Source: a virus
Taxonomy: Duplodnaviria; Caudoviricetes
Direction: 5' to 3' (one strand)
Virus record (IMG/VR): IMGVR_UViG_2713897050_000002
Location: 6,518-70,517 of that record
DNA length: 64,000 bases
Position numbers and translations under genes: made by a program. The notes beneath the pieces are model-generated. The model had not been told where the DNA came from. It did no database searches and saw only the letters and a program-made list of their open reading frames with translations. How positions within the stretch are numbered: the first letter of the stretch is position 1; the number at the start of each line of letters is the position of its first letter. Shown here in pieces: positions 28,736 to 38,525 of this stretch.

Positions 28736-28999
28736 TTATCCTCTGCGTGTGTAGCGCATCGAATGCCGCATCTGGGCATCTCGCGCCATCCATGCCGCTG
28801 CACTATCGGGCTGCTTACCGCCCTCAATAGTGCTGTAAGCGACCGCAGGGGTTGCCCGCTTCTCATGCACGTTGATGTCGGCGGGAGTCCTGTGCAGTTC
28901 CCCTGCGAGCTTCTGTACATCATCGGATGTTTTGACTGCGATGACGAGTGCAATGCCGGCGACAATGAGCGCGAGGGCTGCGATGATTACGGCGATCAC
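28736..28999 (-). CDS. Single-pass membrane protein
   Basis: N-terminal IAVIIAALALIVAGIALVIAV. Confidence 0.6.
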   Translation of the reverse strand: MIAVIIAALALIVAGIALVIAVKTSDDVQKLAGELHRTPADINVHEKRATPAVAYSTIEGGKQPDSAAAWMARDAQMRHSMRYTRRG

Positions 29000-29552
29000 T
29001 TGTGCACCTTCCGCCGAGCAAGCGGGCTACTGCGGGGGATGCGGACACGCTGCGTGTATCTGGCGAAGTCTTTGGTCTCCGCGTTCCACCACAGTTCACC
29101 GCGGTTGTCATGTACGAAGCGGGTTACTTTGAGCCATCGTTGATTGATTTGCCGCGCGGATTCTTCCTCTGTGTACTTTGAGGATTCGCCAAGGATTTCG
29201 CAGGCTGCATCGTATTCGGGTGTGCCGCGCTGAAAGTATTCGTTGCTCATCGTTTCTTCTCCCACACCACAACGAACTTGAATGGCCAGAGGATGACGAT
29301 TGCGTTTGTCGACCAACCGCTAGTGTCACCCAAGGCGAGTGTGGTGCCGAGTTTGTTCAAGTTGATATTGCGGATGATGCGCGGCACGTACGGCGACCTC
29401 ACTGGCGGTTGAACATATCGAAGATGTTGCCCAGCGCGCTAGGTTCAGGTTCACCATCAATTGCCCGCTGCGCACGCTTCAACGATTCCGAAGCAGCCTC
29501 AATCTTCACAAGCAAGTCGGCGTTACTGATGTCAGACATTCTTCACCCTGTT

Positions 29553-29768
29553 CTATATGTCTACGGATCGATCAATGTGTCGTGCATACGTGCGGCCCTC
29601 AAGACACACCACACGCCCATCCCAACGCCTACCGCCAAGATCAATGGTTGCGTGTTGCGCACCCTGCCAACGCCATGCATCGTCAATGAGTATGCAGTCG
29701 GCGGGCCATTCGGCGGGTTGTTTGATGCTGCCGAGGAGGTTCCAGTAGCGGTCCCATATGCGGATCAT
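29553..29768 (-). CDS. Small protein resembling the N-terminus of the baseplate hub
   Basis: IRIWDRYWNLLG and IDLGGRRWDG versus hub IRLWDGDWNLRG and VEKDGARWSG. Confidence 0.55.
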   Translation of the reverse strand: MIRIWDRYWNLLGSIKQPAEWPADCILIDDAWRWQGAQHATIDLGGRRWDGRVVCLEGRTYARHIDRSVDI

Positions 29769-30055
29769 CAGAATTCTTCTCCGCCGACCTCGTATACATG
29801 CTCGGAGATGTCCACGAGTTCTTCAACTTCCGCCAGCAACCCCTTCAACGAATACGTGAGTGGTCCACCATGCGGCGTATACAAACTCGAATCGGACTCG
29901 ATCACACCATCCTCAGTGAACCGTTGTTGCCCTATGACTGTGACGTAGTGGCTGACGGTCCATTCTTGGTTGGTGCCGCGGGATTCTTCGGATGCTGCTA
30001 CGAGTTCGCGTAACGCTTTGTCGTGTGCCGCGTATGCATCGCTCAACCGTGTCAT
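29768..30055 (-). CDS. Hypothetical protein
   Basis: 95 aa, coupled downstream. Confidence 0.6.
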   Translation of the reverse strand: MTRLSDAYAAHDKALRELVAASEESRGTNQEWTVSHYVTVIGQQRFTEDGVIESDSSLYTPHGGPLTYSLKGLLAEVEELVDISEHVYEVGGEEF

Positions 30056-30097
30056 GTCAACGACCTAACCTTGATCGGCGCGAGTCAAGGCTCACGG

Positions 30098-31261
30098 CTA
30101 GAAGATGTTCAGATTCGACCAGCCGCGAGACGCATGATGGCCGATAAGCATGCCCAGCATCCCTGCAGGCGACCACACGCCATACTGGTGCAGCATGTAC
30201 TCGGAGGAACGTTCAGCTTCCAACGCGGGGCAGCCGAACAGTGTGCGTCCCTCAAACTCGTTGGTGTAGAAGTGGTGGTAGTGCCCAAAGAAGTAGAGTG
30301 GCACCGCGCCGAGACGTTCAGTGTTGCCGAGGATCTGCCGTTCGATCGCACCGCGAGTCCGGGTTTCGGTTGACGTTCCGCGGCCCTTCTCAATGTAACC
30401 GTGCGAGAAGTAGCATTCCTTGCCGCTCAGGTTGACGAGGACGCCCGGTTCACCGTTTCCGATAGTCCAGTCAATGTGCGGGCCACCGAAGCTCTCAGCC
30501 TCATTGAACAGTTTCTGCACTTGACGGGCAATGTGCGTCGAACTGTTGTCGTTATGGGTGGTTACCGGGTCTTTGCCGCCGTTACGTGTCCACTCTCCAT
30601 GATTCGAGATGACGGACGATGCAGAGATCGGGATGCCGAGTTCAGCTACTTGCTTGAGTGTCCATACGCGTAGGTCAAAGTCGAGTTCGAGCTGCTGCGA
30701 CAAGTTGAGTTCTACGGTGTGCGGCTGGTTTTCGTAGTTGTTGCAGACACCTTCGGTTTCGTCGCCCATCCATGCGACATGCACACGTTCGGGGCTGTGT
30801 CCTGCGTCTTGGAGTGTGCGGATAGCTGCAGCGTGCCCGAGGATGCCGCGTTTCCAGTTGGCTACAGCTTCTTGTGTGCCCTTTTTGCCCAGCTGCGGGT
30901 CTGCTACGACGATGACGTAGGTGTTCGCGGCGGAGACTGCGTCTTGTGCCGGCGTTGGGGCTTTGAGTTGGCCGCGCCATTCTGCGTAGGCTTGCTGCAG
31001 TGGCTGTGCTGGCTTCTCGATGAGTTTGTAGCGGTAGCTGGTGACTTGTGTGCCGTCCAACTTCCAGCGGGTGGTGACTGCTGGTGGTGCGGCGAAGGTC
31101 ACCTTTGCGGGGTCGTGTCCGCAGGTTGTGAGTATCGCGTCGTAGTCACTGTTGTTGTGTGTGCCTTCGATGCTGCTGTTGTGCGTCTCAGGCTCGGGGA
31201 CAGCGGCTGGGGGCTGGGGTGAAGCTTGCGTAGCTTTCAGTAGTTCGGCGAGCTTGCCCAC
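30098..31261 (-). CDS. Calcineurin-like metallophosphoesterase
   Basis: ADPQLGK, GDETEG, SNHGE, SHG and GHYHH motifs. Confidence 0.85.
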   Translation of the reverse strand: MGKLAELLKATQASPQPPAAVPEPETHNSSIEGTHNNSDYDAILTTCGHDPAKVTFAAPPAVTTRWKLDGTQVTSYRYKLIEKPAQPLQQAYAEWRGQLKAPTPAQDAVSAANTYVIVVADPQLGKKGTQEAVANWKRGILGHAAAIRTLQDAGHSPERVHVAWMGDETEGVCNNYENQPHTVELNLSQQLELDFDLRVWTLKQVAELGIPISASSVISNHGEWTRNGGKDPVTTHNDNSSTHIARQVQKLFNEAESFGGPHIDWTIGNGEPGVLVNLSGKECYFSHGYIEKGRGTSTETRTRGAIERQILGNTERLGAVPLYFFGHYHHFYTNEFEGRTLFGCPALEAERSSEYMLHQYGVWSPAGMLGMLIGHHASRGWSNLNIF

Positions 31262-31356
31262 AATCCACCTCTGTCTAATGGCAGAAGAGGCCTACAGGCG
31301 CATAACGTCCCGTAGACCTCTTCTATCTCGTTGATGAGGGACCTTGCTCTCACCGT

Positions 31357-31584
31357 TTATGACGCCGCGGCTCGTCGTTTTTGTATCCACGGGTTCCATA
31401 CACTGGCACCGTAAGTGCCGAGTTTCATGTAGAAGCCTCTGCGGTGGCGTCTGATGCCCCAACTCCTGTTGTTGCTCCAGTCGCATCGACCTAGCCACTC
31501 GATGCCGACCGCGCCGAAGCTGACGGTGTTGTCGCCCATCAGTCCGGCTTGTGTTGTTTTGAGTAGTTCCGCTAGCTTCCCCAC
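31357..31584 (-). CDS. Small protein sharing its N-terminus with the phosphoesterase
   Basis: MGKLAELLKTTQA start and matching RBS region. Confidence 0.55.
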   Translation of the reverse strand: MGKLAELLKTTQAGLMGDNTVSFGAVGIEWLGRCDWSNNRSWGIRRHRRGFYMKLGTYGASVWNPWIQKRRAAAS

Positions 31585-31602
31585 GAGTCCACCTCTGTCG
31601 CT

Positions 31603-31791
31603 TTAGTCGATCCATTGGCCGATGCGGCGTTCCCAGTTGCGGGCATCGAGGTCTGTGTCGCCTGAGCCGTTGACTTCTTTGACGGCTTCGCGGAGTTCGT
31701 TGCGCACTAGGGCACTGTCGTCTGCGGTTTCCCATACTCGGGCGATGATGTATCCCTCTAGTGGATTGTCGCGCCTATCGGTATGGCTCAC
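31603..31791 (-). CDS. Hypothetical protein
   Basis: GAGG RBS, 62 aa. Confidence 0.55.
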   Translation of the reverse strand: MSHTDRRDNPLEGYIIARVWETADDSALVRNELREAVKEVNGSGDTDLDARNWERRIGQWID

Positions 31792-31919
31792 GTAAACCTC
31801 GCTATTTGCGACACGCCGATATGACCTCGCGTTTACGCAGAAATGTAGGCAAATGGCGGATGTACGTATATATTGGATATTAAGCGTTGATTACCTCCGC
31901 TTTCACCGAGAGGCCCACT

Positions 31920-32525
31920 GTGACCGTCACTCAATCTGTAACTTCCAAAATCTGCACAGAGTGCGATACCGATAAACCGTTGGACGACTACAGTCCCGCA
32001 AAACATGGGAAGTATGGGCGTCAAGCAAAATGCAAGGCATGCAAAGCCGCCTACGCGTTAAGCCGTCTATCCGATCCGTCGAAGCGCGCTAGTAAACAAG
32101 CGCAGGAGCGTGAGCGTCGAGATAATGACGCTGAGTACCGGGCGAAGAGGAACGCGCAGTCACTGGATCTTAATCTCAAACGGTACGCAGGAGACGCCGA
32201 GTTTCGCGCTAAGGCTTTGGATGCATCGAAGCGCCATGCTGCAGCCAATCCACATCTAGTGTGGAAGAAGACCGCAATCTATAGGCTCAAGCAGTTCGGT
32301 TTTTTGCCCGTCGTGGAAGACTTCACGCGAGACGACGTTGTTCGCGTCTACGGCGATGAATGCTTCTACTGTGGCGGAGAGTTTGTGGAGCTGGATCACT
32401 TCAAGCCAATCAGTGCTGGCGGGCCGCATACGCTAGCCAATGTTCGCCCCTGCTGCAACGATTGCAATTCCATCAAGCGCGCACAAGACGGCGACACTTT
32501 TTCAGCCGGAATGCTTAACTTCTAG
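31920..32525 (+). CDS. HNH endonuclease with N-terminal zinc finger (opposite strand)
   Basis: KICTEC..CKAC; CFYC..ELDHFKPISAGGPH..NVRPCCNDCNSIK; GAGAGG RBS before GTG 31920. Confidence 0.9.
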   Translation: MTVTQSVTSKICTECDTDKPLDDYSPAKHGKYGRQAKCKACKAAYALSRLSDPSKRASKQAQERERRDNDAEYRAKRNAQSLDLNLKRYAGDAEFRAKALDASKRHAAANPHLVWKKTAIYRLKQFGFLPVVEDFTRDDVVRVYGDECFYCGGEFVELDHFKPISAGGPHTLANVRPCCNDCNSIKRAQDGDTFSAGMLNF

Positions 32526-32645
32526 GCAGATGGGGGACACTAGGTGTAGTGTAGTCAGTACTTGAGTTAAACTGACTCTTACGCGTTAACACGTCCTGAT
32601 CAGTTGCTCGTAAAGTTCGTTCTAACTTCAGAATCTTTTCACACT

Positions 32646-32682
32646 AAAAACACCCAATGATGCTTTTCCATTGGGTGTTTTT
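32646..32682. terminator. Bidirectional intrinsic terminator
   Basis: AAAAACACCCAATG...CATTGGGTGTTTTT between convergent transcripts. Confidence 0.85.
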
Positions 32683-33266
32683 GCCTACCCGGCGAGGGTG
32701 TCGTTCATCAGCAGTTGAGCTTGTCTCTCTTGCTCCTGCTGTAAAAGATTTCCCTTCGGGGTTAAAAGAGGTCACGTGCTCAGCGGCAGCCAGCAGTGAA
32801 GTTCACCTGCATGCCGCTCTTAGAGAAGCGGTTGCCGTCGATGCTCCGGAACATTCCGGTAACTGCCGAGCGAGTCGCAGCGTTTGAAATGCGGAACACG
32901 CCCGATGAAACCCGACGAACTACGGTCTCAGTCGGTGCCGTCTTTGAGTATCCAGTGGATGTGATCCCAGTGCTCATATTCGCCGGCCTCCAACCATTTG
33001 CCGCATTCACACCATGAGTCGTATTCGCTGTCGGTACCGTCTGTGTGACTGTAGGTGTGGCCTGTAGGCAGTTTGTTGTCGTACCAGAGGTCCATGTACA
33101 CGTCATGGCGAGACGACTCACTCATTGGTGCGCGCGATCCGATACCCGTTTTCAGCCAGCTTGCTTTCGACATGGGCAGCGATATCGGCAGGGTGTCCGC
33201 TAGCAAGCGCGTCTAGGATCGCAGCGCTGATAACGTTGCGGTACTTCTCCTGCTCATCCCACACGT

Positions 33267-33602
33267 TCACTTGACCATCCTCAGCCCATAGTTTGCGCCA
33301 CGCTTGCATACTTCCCACGTACCCGTGACTTCACCGTTGCTGATGGACGCACGCTGCGCAAGGTCGCAGAAGTCGGTCGCAAACATTTCCCAACGCTTCC
33401 CTGTGCCAGTCAACTCAAACTTTATTGATGATCGGCCGCGAGTCATGCCCACAACTGTCATCGTGGCGTTGAACGGCGTGTTGGGCACATGGGGTGTCGG
33501 ATAGTACACGTATGCACCGTCGACCCATTTGCGGGCGTTGCGGACTGGGTAGCCGAGCATATTGCCGTCATCGTCTACTGGATATTCGGCTAGACCAGTC
33601 AT
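33267..33602 (-). CDS. Hypothetical protein
   Basis: GGAG RBS; KRGANYGLRM C-terminus. Confidence 0.6.
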   Translation of the reverse strand: MTGLAEYPVDDDGNMLGYPVRNARKWVDGAYVYYPTPHVPNTPFNATMTVVGMTRGRSSIKFELTGTGKRWEMFATDFCDLAQRASISNGEVTGTWEVCKRGANYGLRMVK

Positions 33603-33796
33603 TTCTTCTCCCTGTAGCAGACACATCTCCGGCCGTAATGATCCTTGTGCGCGGTCAACCCGAACCTCGCGTCAGCCAACTGCAACTTCCCATGCAACTG
33701 CGCCATCGAATTCGACTGATCCTCAAACACCCGCAACGCTGCCTGATCTTCACTGTCGAGTTGGTGTTGCCACTCCCCCACCACACACCTAGCCAT
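33599..33796 (-). CDS. Small Cys/His protein
   Basis: MARCVVGEW...HYGRRCVC; coupled on both sides. Confidence 0.55.
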   Translation of the reverse strand: MARCVVGEWQHQLDSEDQAALRVFEDQSNSMAQLHGKLQLADARFGLTAHKDHYGRRCVCYREKK

Positions 33797-34205
33797 CACG
33801 GCCGTCCTGGCATCGCGTCGTACAGTTGCCGCCACTTCATGCACTGGGCTTCTGCTTTGCGCCGCCAATGGAATATCTCCCGAAGCACCAGCTTGCCGTT
33901 GCGATATAAGCACGCCTCGTACGTGTTGGGTATCCCTGGCGCACCGAACACGTTGAAGAGCTGCCCGTAATCGAAGGTGTATTCACTAGCGCCCGTACGC
34001 ATTGCTGCCTCTCAGTCGTTCACAGCGAGCAAGGACAACGTCTCCGCCCACCGCTCAATCTCGGCGTCTACTAACTTCTGGTACTCAGCGCTCGGATAGA
34101 TGAACTCGGCGTCCATGAGTGTCCGTTCTGTAGGCCAGGAGCCTACGTAATCAACGGCGGAACATATACCACCGAATGGCGCTTGCAAGCAGCTCATGGA
34201 AGAAA

Positions 34206-34517
34206 TCAAGAATCATGGCGCTTACCCATATCATCGACATGAGGCAAATCGTGACCTACCAGCAGCCCACAGTAATACGACTCATCGGCGCTGTAACCGC
34301 AATCAGGCGCGGGGCAATCATGCCTATGCCCGTGATCGCCGCAAAAGTACTCGCCACAACCCGGCTCATCAGCATCCTTGAAGCCGTCAGGATTGACACC
34401 GCATAAGTAGCCGAGACCACGATCAATTTCCCGCATGCAACCATTGAAATCACACTTGGCTTCGACCGCATACCCAGCCTCGCGGCCATCAGGGAGCACA
34501 TAGCTTGCGTATCCCAT
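34206..34517 (-). CDS. Cys-rich zinc-binding hypothetical protein
   Basis: AGYAVEAKCD..C..EIDRGLGYLCG..CGEYFCGDH. Confidence 0.7.
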   Translation of the reverse strand: MGYASYVLPDGREAGYAVEAKCDFNGCMREIDRGLGYLCGVNPDGFKDADEPGCGEYFCGDHGHRHDCPAPDCGYSADESYYCGLLVGHDLPHVDDMGKRHDS

Positions 34518-35278
34518 TAGCGCACCCCTGCCTCAATCTTCGCCGCCAAATTATCTGTGTACGTACCACGAGTACCAGGCTCAATCCGCCGCGAATACGA
34601 CACATGATCCCCACGCTTGGAATACCCATCCAACTGCCAGCGTGCACGAGCGAACTGTGCCGCTACCCCGCGCGGGTCACGCCAATTCACCACAACCTGC
34701 TGCATCTGCTGCGCCGCAAGCCGAGACTTCGTAGACGCCAACCATCCACCCGTGAGCGTGAGGCCGGCTGTGCTGTCTGCAAGCCACCGTAAGGGGCTGT
34801 TCACATCTGTGAGGGGTATCGGGTCACCCGGATCATTCGCGCGCCACACGGGGAAGCTGCCTGTGATTGGCCGGCTACCCGCAATCCCCCACTGAGTACT
34901 CGCAACATTCACACGCGGGTTACTGGGGTCAGCGATCAACGCAACACCCGACAGCGACAAGCGCGGATGCTTGCCCGCGCCAATCTCCGCAGCAACCATC
35001 GACGCAAGATCAGCACCGCCAGAAAATCCGATCAGCACGACACGTCCAGGCGCTTCATCAATCATTCTGAGGAGGATGGCTCTACCGTCCCGCAACGACT
35101 TCTCATACGCCGCACCACCCACACCCGACACCGGGCCATACTGGGCACCCCACGGAACCTCGCGGGCTTCAAACCGTGAAGACAACTTACGGGTAACCTG
35201 CTCACACATCGATCCCACAGGCCCCTCATTGATCCCGCGGCACCGCAACACTCGGACGAGTTCAGTCAACAGGATCAA
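34517..35278 (-). CDS. lysB: Lysin B-like cutinase / serine hydrolase
   Basis: VLIGFSGGA nucleophile elbow, ALIADP, GDPI, C-terminal H..Y. Confidence 0.75.
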   Translation of the reverse strand: MILLTELVRVLRCRGINEGPVGSMCEQVTRKLSSRFEAREVPWGAQYGPVSGVGGAAYEKSLRDGRAILLRMIDEAPGRVVLIGFSGGADLASMVAAEIGAGKHPRLSLSGVALIADPSNPRVNVASTQWGIAGSRPITGSFPVWRANDPGDPIPLTDVNSPLRWLADSTAGLTLTGGWLASTKSRLAAQQMQQVVVNWRDPRGVAAQFARARWQLDGYSKRGDHVSYSRRIEPGTRGTYTDNLAAKIEAGVR

Positions 35279-35492
35279 CCTCCGGGCATAGATAATCTAA
35301 AGCTTCCTCATGCGTATCGTGATCTTTCCAATCACAATCGCCATACATCATCTGAATCCCGCCGCCATAGTTGTCAGCTTCAATCAAAATCTCAACGCCG
35401 CTGACCTCGACCGTTTGATACCAAGTCGCGTCATAGATTCGATGGGCGAGACGAACCAGCCTCCAAGCAATCCACTGCCGAGGACTCACAAA

Positions 35493-35726
35493 TCACGCTC
35501 CGTAATGCTTGAGACGATCTATTCTAAAGTCAACCCATGAATCGCCGTTCTCAGCACGCACAATCGGCAACGTCTTAGCGCCACCCGAAATCTCCAACGC
35601 CCGATCATAAGCACCATCAGTCACAGTCACATCAATCAAATCAACATCATGCCCCGCCGCCGACAACCTCTTAGCGGTAAGCTTGCAACGCTGGCACCCT
35701 GGGCTAGAGAACACTTCGAAATGCAC
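35493..35726 (-). CDS. nrdH: NrdH-like glutaredoxin
   Basis: SPGCQRCKLT..LPIV..WVDFR. Confidence 0.85.
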   Translation of the reverse strand: MHFEVFSSPGCQRCKLTAKRLSAAGHDVDLIDVTVTDGAYDRALEISGGAKTLPIVRAENGDSWVDFRIDRLKHYGA

Positions 35727-35925
35727 TGAACATCCTTGCAATTGTTGGATAGAACTATCAAACAGTATGGGGCTATATGGGGTATTCCCCTATAAACGTT
35801 TGCCGCCTTTTGTTCTCGCAGGAGGCGTAACTGCGGTCGCGCTTGCGGGACGGTGCGCGACAACCGAGTTAAGCCCTCACCGCTTCACCGCTGAACGGGA
35901 GGGGCACTGTTGTGAGGGAATACGT

Positions 35926-35997
35926 GCACAGTGGAGGGAATCGAACACCCGACACGCGGTTTTGGAGACCGCTGCTCTACCACTGAGCTACGCCGAT
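35926..35997 (-). tRNA. tRNA-Trp(CCA), degenerate or chimeric
   Basis: Intact D arm GCTC/GAGC and anticodon arm GCGGT-CTCCAAA-ACCGC, TTCGATT loop; three mismatches in the acceptor stem and one in the T stem. Confidence 0.6.
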
Positions 35998-36113
35998 AGA
36001 AGCCAGCCCCGCGCGGTGATCGAAGTAAGGGATACCCGAGAGTAGATCCTTGACCACCATTGCGCGGGACTGGTTAACAGCTCGTAGAGCGATTCCTAGG
36101 ACACTCCACGGCG

Positions 36114-36187
36114 TGCCCGCTGAGAGAGTCGAACTCTCAACCTTCGGTACCTAAAACCGACGCCTCTGCCAATTGGGCTAAGCGGGC
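36114..36187 (-). tRNA. tRNA-Leu(TAG) with short variable loop
   Basis: Acceptor GCCCGCT/AGCGGGC, anticodon arm TCGGT-TTTAGGT-ACCGA, T arm GAGAG-TTCGACT-CTCTC, discriminator A. Confidence 0.9.
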
Positions 36188-36418
36188 TTGCTCGGATTAC
36201 GCGCCGAGTCGCGAGCGTGGGGCCACTGCCATGCGCCGCAGACCGTGCACAGTCATACGGAGGGGGAAACGCCGAAACGTTCACGATCCCTGCACCCAAG
36301 TACATCCTCGAATTGGTGACGCAGCCGAGGATGACTGCGAGATAACGACCTCCCAGCCACTACCACATGTTGTGCATCAAGGGGGACACCCGCTCAATAT
36401 CTTGGGGTGCCCCCCGCC

Positions 36419-36736
36419 TCAACCACCCAACACAAACAACTCTAACTGCCCACTGTCACACGCCACTTTCGCCGACATGCGCCCAAATCTCTTGTGCCCC
36501 CGCCCAGGACCATGAATGAACCGACGATTTTGCATCTGCAATTGGGTTGCAGCCTGACGCTTCAACGTATCTGCCAGCGCCAGCTTGAGTGTGGACTGCC
36601 CATACTGCCATTGACCGTTAGAGAGCCTGCGCGCACGCACTATGCCGAGTTTCCGCCAGCGGTAGAGAGTGCTCCGTGATCGGCCAATGTAGTGTTGTGC
36701 TTCTGTTTCGGTGAGCCAGGTGGTCAAGACGGTCAC
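36419..36736 (-). CDS. HTH DNA-binding protein
   Basis: WLTETEAQHYIGRSRSTLYRWRKLG. Confidence 0.75.
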   Translation of the reverse strand: MTVLTTWLTETEAQHYIGRSRSTLYRWRKLGIVRARRLSNGQWQYGQSTLKLALADTLKRQAATQLQMQNRRFIHGPGRGHKRFGRMSAKVACDSGQLELFVLGG

Positions 36737-38039
36737 CCACTTCTACTTTTCGAGCGCCCTACGTGCAACGAACTCCACATGAGAGCTGGGTGCCGACACC
36801 TTCGCAATGTGCTCCAGCGTCTCTCCAAGCCACGCTATTTGACGCCGCGCATCAACTAGCGCATCATCCATTTTCTCAGCCCCAAGTGGATACCATCCGG
36901 CAGCAATGACGTGCTCCGCCAACGCATTCAGATCGAACCGACCGTCCAGCACCGTCGAACCAAGGCTACTGTCATCAACGTAGCCTCCACCACACCCAGC
37001 CGATTCATCCGCGCCGAGGGTTTCCCCGATCAGTTTCGCCAGTGCATCTCGATTACTCATAGCGTCCTTCGTTTCGATTCATGTTGCCAACGCCCTACGT
37101 GCGACGGAAGCGATACGGGAATTAGAATCAGCCAATGCCTCAATCAGGTCGAGTGCCGTTCTAAGCACCGCTATTTCCTGTCGGGCACTGAGTGACACTG
37201 CATCCAATTTCTCAGCGCTAGAGCCATCCCTGGCCCGCTTAAGGCGTGCCTCCATCACCCGCATATGGCCGCCAATGCCCGACGCCCCACTAGTACGCTC
37301 ACGGCAATACACGTCAGCCTCAAACGCAGTCGGGAAATACTCTGCATTACTGTTCGGCGTATTGCGTCCAGGTGCACACCAATACGAACGACACTCAAAC
37401 GTCCCATCGCTACGCCGAGCATAGAACCACCACACGTCATCATTGTTGACCACGCCGCCACGTTGACCGTTCTCATCCGGCACCGGGATTGCAGTCGTAT
37501 CGTAAGTTCGCACACGATCCGAGCGCTCCCGACGTATCCGAGACTCTGCCCGATGTAGCGCATCCCTGGCCTCTTCGACGCTTAGCTCAGTCACGATACT
37601 GTCCCCTCTCCGCCAACCGCTCCAACACCACCACAAGCCGCGACAACGTCAACGCTATATCCCGCATGTGGATGATCGACTGCTCACGATATTCACGCTT
37701 AGACAAACCATCAGCCGACATCCCATCCCCCCGAGTTCCCCGCATGATCCGCCCGAACCTCAGCAAGCATCTTCCTGGCCGCTCTACGCGCCGTAGCGGG
37801 ACACAAATGCCAACCCCAGGCATCCCGCCAAAAGACCCCTGGAGCGCCGTAGAAGTGGTAGCTGTAAGAAAACCACCCGTCACGGGTTACGCGGCATTGT
37901 ATCTCGTGCGCTGACTTATTCTTGACCACGCTATAGCCGCCTTCCTTCAGCGCCGATAGCGCATGGTCTGCGATTGCGCCGGCATCACCGGAAACTTCCG
38001 TGCCCCAGAACCTGGCCATGATTGCCGTCCGCGCGCCGC

Positions 38040-38525
38040 TCATATGTTGAACCCCAACTGCCCATCATCCGGGGCTTCCACCTCAACCTCATCACGATAA
38101 GCATCCCGCAACCACCCAAAACCACGCATAGTCACAGCACGCACACCACCCACCGACATAAACATCACCCCATCATCATCAACCCACCCATGATCAAACA
38201 AGTCCAACAACCCCGCGCGAGCATCCAACACCGGCCGCAAATCGTCATACAACAACCCGCGCGCGACACCATCTGACCGCCGCCACACAGCACCACCAAC
38301 CGGAATACCGAAATGCTCAGCCCACTGAATTAGTGTCGCCGCTTCTAAATCCGCAGCCTCCAACGTCCCCACATGCAACGGCGGCTTAGACGTGAAATTG
38401 TGGACCTGCGCAATCTCCGTATCCACCTCCGACTCCACAATCGACGGCTTCCCGAAGAACAAAGCGCTGCGCAATTCCGAAATAATCTCAGGGGTTTCAC
38501 TCACCAACGTGCGCAAATCCGTCAA
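38040..38525 (-). CDS. Hypothetical protein
   Basis: GGAGG RBS, TTGA overlap. Confidence 0.55.
   Translation of the reverse strand: MTDLRTLVSETPEIISELRSALFFGKPSIVESEVDTEIAQVHNFTSKPPLHVGTLEAADLEAATLIQWAEHFGIPVGGAVWRRSDGVARGLLYDDLRPVLDARAGLLDLFDHGWVDDDGVMFMSVGGVRAVTMRGFGWLRDAYRDEVEVEAPDDGQLGFNI

Noticed and set aside
35926-36187. Stop-codon reassignment via a suppressor tRNA
   Set aside because: Anticodons are CCA (Trp) and TAG (Leu, reads CUA), not CTA, TTA or TCA; genes end normally at all three stops
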